From contig JBAXOG010000004.1 of assembly GCA_037133395.1 (NCBI GenBank), positions 19 to 64,018 on the forward strand: DNA of 64,000 nt, read 5' to 3'. Shown piece by piece: positions 20,170 through 30,700 of this stretch (the first letter of the stretch is position 1; every line of letters starts with the position of its first letter). This DNA is from a bacterium. GTDB taxonomy: Bacteria > Verrucomicrobiota > Kiritimatiellia > RFP12 > UBA1067. The position numbers were made by a program, and so were the translations under genes. Under the pieces are notes generated by a model. The model saw nothing but the letters and a program-made list of their open reading frames with translations, made no database searches and was not told the origin of the DNA.

Positions 20170-21057
20170 CTATTTTTTCGTACGTGTAGCAGATTCGAGG
20201 GTGTTATACAGAAGCATGGTAATAGTCATGGGGCCGACGCCCCCGGGAACAGGTGTAATCAGCGAGGCGACCTGCGTTGCGGAATCGAAGTCGACATCGC
20301 CGACGAGACGGAAGCCGTTTTTCTTAGTGGCATCTGGAATGCGGTTGACGCCCACATCAATGACAACGGCGCCAGGCTTAATCATGTCACCTGTGACCGT
20401 ATTCGGACGGCCTGCGGCTACAACCAAGATATCCGCTTGCCGGGTAAAGACGGACAAATCTTTCGTGCCCGTATGGCAGACGGTCACCGTGGCGTTGCCG
20501 CCTTTGGCCTTGCGCATCAGCAGGTGCGCGACGGGCTTGCCGACAATGTTGCTACGACCGATCACGACCGCATGCTTACCTGAGGTCTCGATACCTGCGC
20601 TGATCAGCATTTGTATGATGCCGTTCGGTGTGCAGGGCAGGAAGCAGGTCTCGCCAATCATCATGCGGCCTACATTGATGGGCGTGAAGCCATCGACATC
20701 CTTTTCAGGGACGATGGCGTTAATGACTGCGGCTTCATTAATATGTTTCGGCAGTGGAAGCTGTACGAGAATGCCATGAATGCGCGGATCACTATTCATC
20801 TTTCGGACAACGGCCAGAGCCTCTTCTTGTGTGGTTGTGGCGGGCATACGTACATCCTCCGAATGCATGCCCGCTTCCTCGCAGGCCTTTTCCTTGGCGG
20901 TCACGTAGGAGGTGGATGCGGGATCGAGTCCAATGAGGATCACGCCAAGACCGGGCGTGATGCCATGCTGGGTCTTGAGCTCCGCGACTTGCTTTGCGAT
21001 ATCTGCGCGCATCGTTGCTGCGAGTTGTTTACCGTCGAGTATCATTGCTGAGTTCAT
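20170..21057 (-). CDS. folD: Bifunctional methylenetetrahydrofolate dehydrogenase/cyclohydrolase
   Basis: YV..K, GILVQLPLP, KDVDG, PCTP, GRSNIVGKP, IDVG.NR, TPVPGGVGPMT. Confidence 0.97.
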   Translation of the reverse strand: MNSAMILDGKQLAATMRADIAKQVAELKTQHGITPGLGVILIGLDPASTSYVTAKEKACEEAGMHSEDVRMPATTTQEEALAVVRKMNSDPRIHGILVQLPLPKHINEAAVINAIVPEKDVDGFTPINVGRMMIGETCFLPCTPNGIIQMLISAGIETSGKHAVVIGRSNIVGKPVAHLLMRKAKGGNATVTVCHTGTKDLSVFTRQADILVVAAGRPNTVTGDMIKPGAVVIDVGVNRIPDATKKNGFRLVGDVDFDSATQVASLITPVPGGVGPMTITMLLYNTLESATRTKK

Positions 21058-21060
21058 AAT

Positions 21061-21550
21061 GAAGTTCCAATAATCAACACGGAATATCCAATATCCAATG
21101 GCCTACTTGGGGACAAGGATGTTCTGTGGGTTGTTGTTTCTTTTTGCGGTTGTGACACAGGTGAAAAGAATAGAAATGAGTTCATCTGTTTCTTGTAGAA
21201 GAGGGAGTAACTTCTCGGTTGGTTTTATCATTTCTGTTTTGACGATAATCTTCAACCAGACGTTGGTCTCACGGAGTTCCTTTAATGCAATTTTGACCTT
21301 GTGGATGAAGTCGGGCCTCGACTCTGCGCTTTGAGCTTCTCCGTAGTTTGGTGCTGGAGATGTTCCGCTTCGTAAAAGTTGTCCGCAAATGTGTTGTCCC
21401 GCACTTGAACATGGAAGTGCCTCAGACAGTTTAATAATGCGCACGGCAAAATTAATCAGCCTGTCTTGCAAGTCATATTCTTTTTTTTCGGACATCAAGG
21501 TGTCTTCCTAACTTGGATATTCCGTGTTGATGATTGAATGTTGGGACTTC
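21061..21550. mobile_element. Inverted-repeat-bounded cassette carrying a four-helix-bundle gene (putative; no transposase)
   Basis: Perfect 19-bp IR ATCAACACGGAATATCCAA (21073-21091) with TTGGATATTCCGTGTTGAT (21513-21531). Outer 9/10 IR GAAGTTCCAA (21061-21070) with TTGGGACTTC (21541-21550). Ends abut the folD start region and the mutS stop. Confidence 0.55.
21103..21495 (-). CDS. Four-helix bundle protein (TIGR02436 / 23S rRNA intervening-sequence protein family)
   Basis: DLQDRLINFAVRII, QLLRSGTSPAPNYGEAQSAESRPDFIHKVKIALKELRETNVWL. ATG at 21495 follows AGGAAG. Confidence 0.92.
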   Translation of the reverse strand: MSEKKEYDLQDRLINFAVRIIKLSEALPCSSAGQHICGQLLRSGTSPAPNYGEAQSAESRPDFIHKVKIALKELRETNVWLKIIVKTEMIKPTEKLLPLLQETDELISILFTCVTTAKRNNNPQNILVPK

Positions 21551-24048
21551 TAAAAGAGCGTCAATTGGTTGGAGGGGGCTTGAATATGTTTTTTCGATGT
21601 TGATTTGGCGAGTTTAGGCAGACCAGCCTCGAGTTCGCCCTCTTCGAGGTTGGCTAAGATTTCGTTTGAGCGCAAGAGGACCTCAGCCGGCATACCCGCG
21701 AGACGTGCGACATGGATGCCGTAACTTTTGTCCGCCGTGCCAGGCGCGATGCGGCGTAGGAAAACCACGCTGTCGCCATGTTCGCGCACTTGGACGGTGT
21801 AGTTTTTGACGCCGTTCAGGGTGATGGCCAGATCGGTCAGTTCGTGATAATGCGTGGCAAAGAGTGTCTTGGCTTTGACACGGGGCGTATTATGTAGATA
21901 TTCCGCGACAGCCCATGCGATGCTGATTCCATCAAAGGTGCTGGTTCCTCGTCCGATTTCATCGAGCACGATCAAACTCTTTTCGGTCGCATTGTTCAGA
22001 ATGTTCGCGGTTTCCTGCATTTCGACCATGAAGGTACTGCGACCGCGAGCTAGGTCATCGCCTGCACCGACACGCGTGAAGACGCGATCCAAGATACCGA
22101 TTTGTGCGCTACGCGCAGGAACGAAGGACCCCAGATGCGCCATAATCGCGATCAACGCAACTTGACGGATATACGTGGATTTACCCGCCATGTTCGGTCC
22201 GGTGATGAGCATGATTTGATGCAACGTGCAATTAAGCAACGCATCATTCGGGACGAACTGTTCGGCGTCGGGGAGTTGTTCAATGACGGGGTGGCGTCCA
22301 TCCTTAATGCTCAGCGTGTCATCCAGTGTCATTTCGGGGCGGACATAACCCAGCGCGAGGGCCCGGTCAGCGAACGAAGCCAGCGCATCCAGTTGCGCCA
22401 GAGCATCGGCGGTTTCCTGGATTTCAGCGGTATGGGTGGCTATTTTTTCCCGAATTTCGCAGAAAAGCTCGAATTCCATCGCGACTGCCTTGTCCTGAGC
22501 GCCAAAAATCTTCTGCTCGTAGGTTTTGAGCTCTGGGGTGATAAAGCGTTCGGCATTGACGAGCGTCTGGCGGCGTTCATACTCTGGCGGCGCGGAAGCA
22601 GCCTGCCCCTTGGAGATTTCGATATAAAAGCCAAAAATTTTGTTATGGCGCACTTTGAGGGTCTTAATGCCGGTCCGATCCTGCTCGGAGGCTTGGTACT
22701 TCGCGAGCCAGGCATGACCTTCGGAAGCTAAGGCCCTGAGTTCGTCCAAGTCCTTATGATAGCCATGGCGGATCATGCCGCCGTCCTTGAGGCCGATGGG
22801 AGGCGAATCATCGATGGCCGCATGAATGAGGTCCACAAGTTCAGGCAAGGGGTGGATACGACTAGAAAGGTCAGAAAGCAACGCATCTCCGGTTTGTGCC
22901 ATGCTCTCTCGGATTTCGGGCATCGGAAGGAGTGATCCTTCTAACGCTTTGACATCACGGGCATTACATCGATTGGCGTTGATGCGAGCCACGAGGCGTT
23001 CTAAATCGCGGACACTTGCGAATTTTTCGCGTAAGTTATTTAAAACAAGACGGTTACGTGTAAAAAACTCAACGGTGTCCAAACGGGCGTGAATTTCGAT
23101 CTGCTGGCGTAGCGGACGGACGATCCAGGAGCGGAGCAGGCGTGCGCCCATCGGGGTTCGCGTATTGTCCAAAACGCCCAAAAGTGTATGTTCCTTAGCT
23201 TTCCCTCGTTGAGGGATCAAATCGAGGTTCCCGCACGTATTGTCATCTAGCATCAGAAAATGGGCAGAATGACGGACTTGGAGGGATCGAATATGCCCTG
23301 CGGTATGGTGAAGTTGTTCGCAGACATACTGAATAAGAGCCCCAGAGGGGCAAACGAGGGCTGGGACGCCCTCGCATCCGTATCCCTGAAGAGAATGGAC
23401 CTGGAAATGGCGCAGGAGCCGGTCATACGCGCAATCATACTCCAGAGTCCAGTCATCGATTTCCGTTACAGAACCTGCAATGGACGGAACAAGAATCTCA
23501 ACAAGGCGCGGATCAGAGCGTTGCATCGGACCGACCAAACATTCGCTCGGTGCATACCGCTTCAAGGCTTCCATAAGCGAAGCAATATCCGGAAGAATTT
23601 CCGCCATAAATACGCCGGTAGAAAGGTCGAGAAGTGCGAGCCCGATATCTGCGTTCACGACATAAAGGGCAGCCAGAAAATTGTTGCGGGATGAATCAAG
23701 AATCTCGTCCTCTGTCACCGTACCTGGCGTGACCACGCGAGTGACCTCCCTGCGGACGATCCCTTTTGCCTGAGAAGGATCTTCCATTTGGTCGCAGATC
23801 GCTACCTTTTTCCCTGCACGGATGAGTTTGGCCAAATAGGCATCGATAGCATGGTAAGGTACGCCACACATGGGGGTGCCCGCGCGTTGTGTCAGCGCGA
23901 CACCGAGAAGAGGGGCTGCGGCACGGGCATCCTCAAAAAACATCTCATAAAAATCACCCAGACGAAACAAAAGAATAACGCCTTCTGGAAGTTCAGATTT
24001 AATTCGCCGATATTGCCGCATCATAGGAGTAAGTTCTTCAGAAGACAT
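21550..24048 (-). CDS. mutS: DNA mismatch repair protein MutS
   Basis: TPMMRQY, FRLGDFYEMF, ITGPNMAGKSTY, STFMVEM, DEIGRGTST, FATHYHEL, SYGIHVARLAG, beta-clamp motif QLTLF. Confidence 0.98.
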   Translation of the reverse strand: MSSEELTPMMRQYRRIKSELPEGVILLFRLGDFYEMFFEDARAAAPLLGVALTQRAGTPMCGVPYHAIDAYLAKLIRAGKKVAICDQMEDPSQAKGIVRREVTRVVTPGTVTEDEILDSSRNNFLAALYVVNADIGLALLDLSTGVFMAEILPDIASLMEALKRYAPSECLVGPMQRSDPRLVEILVPSIAGSVTEIDDWTLEYDCAYDRLLRHFQVHSLQGYGCEGVPALVCPSGALIQYVCEQLHHTAGHIRSLQVRHSAHFLMLDDNTCGNLDLIPQRGKAKEHTLLGVLDNTRTPMGARLLRSWIVRPLRQQIEIHARLDTVEFFTRNRLVLNNLREKFASVRDLERLVARINANRCNARDVKALEGSLLPMPEIRESMAQTGDALLSDLSSRIHPLPELVDLIHAAIDDSPPIGLKDGGMIRHGYHKDLDELRALASEGHAWLAKYQASEQDRTGIKTLKVRHNKIFGFYIEISKGQAASAPPEYERRQTLVNAERFITPELKTYEQKIFGAQDKAVAMEFELFCEIREKIATHTAEIQETADALAQLDALASFADRALALGYVRPEMTLDDTLSIKDGRHPVIEQLPDAEQFVPNDALLNCTLHQIMLITGPNMAGKSTYIRQVALIAIMAHLGSFVPARSAQIGILDRVFTRVGAGDDLARGRSTFMVEMQETANILNNATEKSLIVLDEIGRGTSTFDGISIAWAVAEYLHNTPRVKAKTLFATHYHELTDLAITLNGVKNYTVQVREHGDSVVFLRRIAPGTADKSYGIHVARLAGMPAEVLLRSNEILANLEEGELEAGLPKLAKSTSKKHIQAPSNQLTLF

Positions 24049-24212
24049 ACGTGCGAATTTTCACAGGTTAAGGGGGTTTAGTCAATGAAAAAAAAACCAT
24101 TTTCCCCTTGTTTAGAACACAAGGGTCATGGTATGCTAATGAAACTTTTTGTAATGGTTTTTCCCCCTATATGGCGGATGTGTGCCCTTTTGAAGAAAGT
24201 GAGTATAGTTAT

Positions 24213-24707
24213 ATGTGGTGTAATGTACACTGGCTTCGATGGATTTGCGGGTCAGGCTTGCTCATCATGTGCGCGATTTTAGTGCTAGCGGGCTGTAGCA
24301 AGCGCAAAGAGACCCCTCAGCAGGAAGAGGTGTACTCCAATCGGGCGCATGATAAAGGGTATATGGCCTCCTTGTTGACCAATCGCCAACAGCAGGCCCA
24401 GGAAGGGTACGCTCGTCTGGCTGTTTCAATGAAAATGACCCAATGTGTGACGCGCGTACGAGCGACGTTACCGGCTGACACAACGGCCGAGGCCCTCAAG
24501 AAGGCGCTGACGGCCGATCCAGAGTGGATTTCGCTGGATGAGCAGTCTAAAAAACTTTCGGCAGCCGCGACGGCCACTCTGCAACAGGCACATCAGTTAA
24601 TCAGGCAGCGCATGCAGGAAGAGATGCGTGCACAAAAAGCTATTGCCCAAGGCAAGGCAAAGGCCATTGATGGTGCCGGTGCACCCAAAACAGTAGATAA
24701 AAAGTAA
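24213..24707 (+). CDS. Hypothetical lipoprotein, helical
   Basis: Hydrophobic stretch ending in lipobox LAGC-SK, Ala/Gln-rich helical body. Start uncertain (ORF opens at 24108). Confidence 0.6.
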   Translation: MWCNVHWLRWICGSGLLIMCAILVLAGCSKRKETPQQEEVYSNRAHDKGYMASLLTNRQQQAQEGYARLAVSMKMTQCVTRVRATLPADTTAEALKKALTADPEWISLDEQSKKLSAAATATLQQAHQLIRQRMQEEMRAQKAIAQGKAKAIDGAGAPKTVDKK

Positions 24708-24753
24708 CCTAACGTTTTTCGTTTGATTTGAATCAGTCTAATTGGAGAAAAGA

Positions 24754-27700
24754 ATGAATACAACAACACGGTTCACAACTATGATTAAGAAAATGGTTCT
24801 CCCTCTCGTTGCGTGCGGCTTGATGTGCGCGACGGGCGCTTATGCGATTGATCCTCCTGGGGATATTATCGGGTTCTACTCGACATCAGCGAATTCGGCT
24901 TTTAAGACACCTGGAACAACCGTGGAATTTACGATTCGTCTCTATGGGGCGATAGTTGTTTCAAACTTCTATGGTGCCGCCTGGGCCGCGCCTCAGATAC
25001 GTATGGAGGTCGGTTCGGACGGTGAATCTTCAACGGCTTATGCCACGTTAGTCGATAAAACATGGACAGTTCCCAGTAATCCGTTCGATGTGTTTAATAG
25101 GACGGATTTGACGTTCGCTTATGTGATTCGTCCTGGGGATATGGCGAATCCGCTTAAGATCTGGGGTACGCCAGCATCGGGGTTCCAGATTGTCGATATG
25201 CAGAATTTAATTTACAGAAGATATGCAGATGGCACGTCAAGTAACGTTACCTGGAAAGTGAATCCCGCACTCTATGATCAGCCCCTTGACAACCCCCTTG
25301 ATTCTAATAAAGGTATTCCCTATTTAGACCTTGACATGTCGGCCCAAAAAATTAGTCTTCAGACGCTGAGTTTTGATGCTGCAAATAGTCCTAGCCCGAT
25401 TGTGGCACGTCAACCGGCAACGCTTTGGCGCGTCAAGTCCGGAGCAACGAACGCACCAGTGGGTGTGGAAGTCATCGTCTGGACGCCTCACACCAATGTC
25501 CTTCAGATCGTAGGTGCTACTCAGATAGGTTCTGTTCCTGGAAACGCGTTGTCGGTAATAATCCCAGCAGGGTCTGATTATGTGAACTTCCCGATCAAGG
25601 GTCTTGACACCAATGCTAGCCCCACAATTGCAACGGTTTATGCCCAGCGTCCATCGGATTATGCGAAAAACATAACGGGTATTACGAACTTCATTAGCCG
25701 CTCGGTGACAATTCTGCCGGGCTCGCCCTCGATAAGTCTGGAGTTTTCGAATGGACTGTCCAGTCAGACGCTGGCAGAGACACATGATGAGACGGAGCAA
25801 TTGGAGTATTTCCAGATCGTTCTTTCCGAGTCTCATACGAACGATGTTTATGTTGATTTGAGTATAACACAACAGCCAAGCACAGCGACCAATATCGTCA
25901 TGACCCAGCCAAGTGGGTATTTCGTTCCTGCGGGTCTGGAAAGATCAGAGAAGTATACCTTCAGCGTCAGGGATGGTACACGTGAAAGTGCCCGTTTGAT
26001 TACGCCAGTGCGTATCACACCCTTAGCTACAAACAAGTATACGGTCGTTTCGGCGGGAACGTTGTTTATTACGAATGTCGCCCCGACAATCATCAGTGAT
26101 TTCCCACCCACTGGGTATGAATATACGCCTGTGACTTTTCAATGGACGAGTCTCTTTGACGTGACGGCGGACTTGGCCAAGGGAATCGTCTTTACGTGGG
26201 ACTTTGGTGACGGTGCGACGCGTATTACGGAGACGAACTTGACCTCCGCGACATCTGGTCAGATCACGAAGACCTATAAAAATATTGGTTCTACAGCAAG
26301 AACGTACCTCGTCACGCTGACAATCACAGATGCTGATGGAGGTTCTTACACATTACCGACTCACACCATTACCATTAATCCGCCAATCAGACCGCCCAAC
26401 GTCTCGGTGGTTGTAAATCGCGCAGACTTGACTTATCAAGAGGGGGATACGAATGCTACCTATCGAGTTGTCCTCTCAGAGCCTGCTCAACAGGATACGT
26501 GGGTGCAGTTGAAATGTCAGTATCCGGATGCAACATCCGCAGATGCTTGCCTCTCCTTGTTAACAACCAACATTCTGATCCGCCAAAACTTCACTAATTC
26601 TTCAGCATACGCGATGACGATTCTTGATGGCACGTCAGTGACCGCATCCGGTATCGATATTATGCCGACGATTACTAATGCCATAGCCAAAGCTCAGTAT
26701 CCAAGTGCTTATCCTGGCATTGTCATGATCCAAAATGCGGTTCCTACGATTGACACCATACCTTCCAGTCAGTCGAGCACGACAGTACCTATTACGACTT
26801 TTAACGCTATCGAGATCAATAAGCCCTTTACCTTCCACTATAGAGCGGCTGATGTCAGCGCAGACCTGAATGGAGCGTCACCGATACGTGTTATGTTCGA
26901 GTTTCCCGATTTCACTACGACTAATGTTGTTGGTGCAATCGGCACGGTGACAAAGACCTTTACGTTATCTGATTTGGGAATTCAGTACGTGCGCATGACC
27001 GCCACGGATAAGGATGGTGGCGTGAGCAGTATTGTCACCTTCCCAATCAATGTTGTTACTCCCTTGCCGCCGCCTTCAGTCACGGTTGTTTCGTATCCAG
27101 TCTTTATTGCTGAAAACGATACCACCGCCAAACAACTCACCGTTATGTTGTCTCAAACACCAGCCTCTGCTGGCATTTCGCAACCTGTGACGGTCTATTT
27201 GGATATGACGCCGACCACGAACACGGTCAATGGTGCGGTTTCAATCCCTACCAGTGTTACGTTCTACACTTCTGAAACGACCAAGCAGGTTCTTTTCACG
27301 GTCAAAGATGGTACACAGCTGAGTGCCAGTAGCGGATTCACGATCACGCCTCGCATTGCGACCAATACCGCCGGTTCTACGTTGTATACTGAGTTTCAGC
27401 CCGGCCAGGTCTTGGTGCAAAATGTGGCACCTGTTTTCCAACAGCCAGTTGACGGGAGCACCAACACGGTTGCAACGGTCGGACAGCTCCGTACCTTTAA
27501 CTGGTCGGTCAAAGATGTAACGGCTGATTTAACGGGCATGACGCTCGACTGGGACTGGGGTGATGGTACCACGACCAGAACGATAGGGGGTTCCGGCACC
27601 ACCAATCACACCTACCTCTCCGCATCTTCCCAGATCGCAGTCACCGTGATAGCGACCGATAAGGACGGAGATGTTTCACGTATCAGTTTCTATGTCACGG

Positions 27701-30700
27701 TTAAAGATTCTAAGAAGGTCATCGCCTTGCCGATCGGTCCCAATACGACTCCTTTTAATGGGTTCACAGGTTTGGGAATAGGCACCATTGCAGCTACTGG
27801 CGCAAGCCCGTCGGTTTATGATGGTGTTAATTTGTTCTATACCTTCTATTTCGGTGCTGATGCGACGGATGCTCAACTGATTGCAACGCCGTCGCCCAAG
27901 ATCTCTGGTGTTAAGCAAAGTTACTTCTTTGCATGGGATGGTCCGCTTGCGGCATTCAAGGAGCCCAAACATGTGACGCAGCCCCTTGCTCCAGCGGTTA
28001 CATTGATCAATTTGCCAACCCCAACAACCGGCACGGCTACAGGTACGGGTACAGGGACGACGACGCTCAGTGGAAACAGTGTCCAAGTCAGTGCCATTTT
28101 CAGTATTGAATTCGAGATGAATGATGGTTGTGGCGATATCAATCAGGACGGTATCCCTGACAAACTCATTCAAACCTATTTCATTGACCCAACAAAAACC
28201 GCCGCGAGTGCTACTGCGATAGATCCGATTTGGTTTGTCAATTTACGGGGATACAACGACGACAATGATTTTTACCCAGTCTATCCGACGGGGGATGCTC
28301 AGGGCGTCATGGACTTCCGTCCGATTCCGAATCCCAACACAGCGGTTGACGGTCTTGCTGTGAACGCCTTCACAGCGTTCAAGGAAATCCGTGGGGTTGA
28401 TGGTATTATTGGACGTGTAGAAAATCTGGGCCCCCCCCGCGGTAATTTCAATGATGATCCAGGGACGAATCCGACATTGCTTGATACGGATGAGGATGGG
28501 TATCCCGACGGTTGGGAGTCTTGGTTCTATTATCAGTCTTACAAGAATGGACGCACGGGTTCGCGTTATGATCCCCTCAATATCGCGCAGGGTTCCCGTA
28601 TAGGTTGGCAAGAAATTATTGGCGCATTTAACCCGAAGGTGGGTCGTGATAAGTACTCAGATACACGTTGGCTAGATGATTTTGACAATGACGGGCTCTT
28701 GGATATTGAAGAACTGACCCTTGGTACGGATCCGACGAATTGGGATACGGATGGTGACGGTATGGCCGATGGTTGGGAAATTATCCGTGGTTTCAACCCC
28801 TGCGATGGTCGTGACGGCTTATTGCCGGCACAGAACAATCCAGATGGTGACTTCTTTGCGATCTCAACGGCTGTGCGTCAGCATATTCAGGTGGTCGTAT
28901 CGAGCAATACCGTGATTTCAACCAACCACTACCTTGTGGCACTTGATGCAGCGAACACTCCGATTTATGCTACACTCACAACAGCTTATCATTATGGTAA
29001 TGACTCAGCGCCTTGGGCTGTCGGGCGATCAAATTCTGTTGCTGTTCTGACGCCACCTAATCTCATTGCCGGTGGTCCCACGAATGAGATGATTAACGCA
29101 TTGATCATGCACTTCCAGGTGCGTGATGAATATGGCTTTGATCCTCGGACAGCCTGGGTGGGCACAGCTAAGGGTGGCCCAGTTCCAGCAGGTTGGCCGT
29201 ATGAGAATACCGACCGTTTCGGTGTCTGGGTGCCAAGCCATTCGCCGAATACGCGTCCGTTTACGGCGGTTGATGAATATCTCCTTATGAAGTTCATGTA
29301 TGAGCTTCAGTTGAATGGCATGGTTGGACCGAATGGTTGGATCGACCAAGTGACGACCCATATAGCGAATAATGAGAGCACACGTCTCTTGGTGCAGGAC
29401 GCTTGGACACGTTTTACCACGCATCCGCGTACGCCTGATACGGATGCCACAACGGCGTTGTCGGATGGCGTGCCAGACGGCTGGGAATTATATGTGGCGT
29501 TGCCGCCTGTCTCGCACGGTGTTCCTCGTCCGGCTTATGGGGCATTTCTTAACTCGCCGTGGGATCCGAATGACTACGCCAATGATGTTGATGTCGATTT
29601 GAAACCGACGGGGGACAAAGTCACGTATCAAAGCGAATTCTGGGGAACTGATTCCCTGAAACCTTATCAAAATGCGACACTCTACTATGGTGGCATGACG
29701 AATGCAAACCTGATGACCGGTGTGGTCACGATCAAGCGTCCGATAGGTGATCCGGATACGTATTGGGCCAACAAATTATGGCCGACTGATCCTTGGAATA
29801 AAGATACCGATGGTGACATGGTGGCTGACGGAGCCGAACGTGCCTTTATTTACGGTAATGCTACTGTGCCTGGCCCGGGTGGCGGTTTGAACCCGTGCTC
29901 GATCGATACCGACCTTGATGGGCTCCCGGATGCCTGGGAATTGCAGTTCGCGGGTACCCCGGTTGCTGCTGATGGAACAACGACTTTGCCAGCAGTCATC
30001 CCTGGACAGCCTGCAATAGCTGTCACTATGACGATCAATAATGGTCAGGACGGTACGGTTGCTGATCAATACAAGGACGTGGATTTAGATGGCCTTACCA
30101 GTTATCAGGAGTATATGACGCAGTCCATCCGTGCATATCGTTATGATATACCCGCATCGGGTGTCACCGATCCTTTGACTAAACAGGTCGGTCAGCCCAT
30201 GGACATTACCTTCCAAATAAGTTCACTCTTCACGGCGGTGACAAATGTATGGGATCCATGCCGTTTTGGATGGCCAGGACCGACCGACCCACTTTATTGG
30301 ATGCCTCCTGCGGGTCCGAACGGATATTGTTCGACAGATCCGAACAATCCGGACTCGGACTATGACGGTATGGACGATTACTATGAGCTCTACCATGGGT
30401 TGAACCCATTGCTGGGTGATGGTATAAGGTTAGACTATCTCGATGACCGGGTTGCGTATGCTTGGATTGTTAAAGGCGTTCCTCAGGTGTGGTATAGTTA
30501 TAATTGGTGGATGAATGTACAGCCTGGAACGATCGGTTTTTCAATGGACTTTGTCCGCTATCCTTGGTTGAATGGTATGCCTGATGCTGATCCAGATGCT
30601 GACGGCCTCCTGAATCTCGAGGAGATGTTGGTTGCCAATACGCCGTTGCCTGAAAATTATAACACGGATCCGTCTCCGCTCTGGATGACCGATCCATCGA

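Noticed and set aside
21103-21495. Four-helix-bundle gene as part of a DGR or of an rRNA intervening sequence
   Set aside because: No reverse transcriptase, no TR/VR pair and no rRNA in the window.
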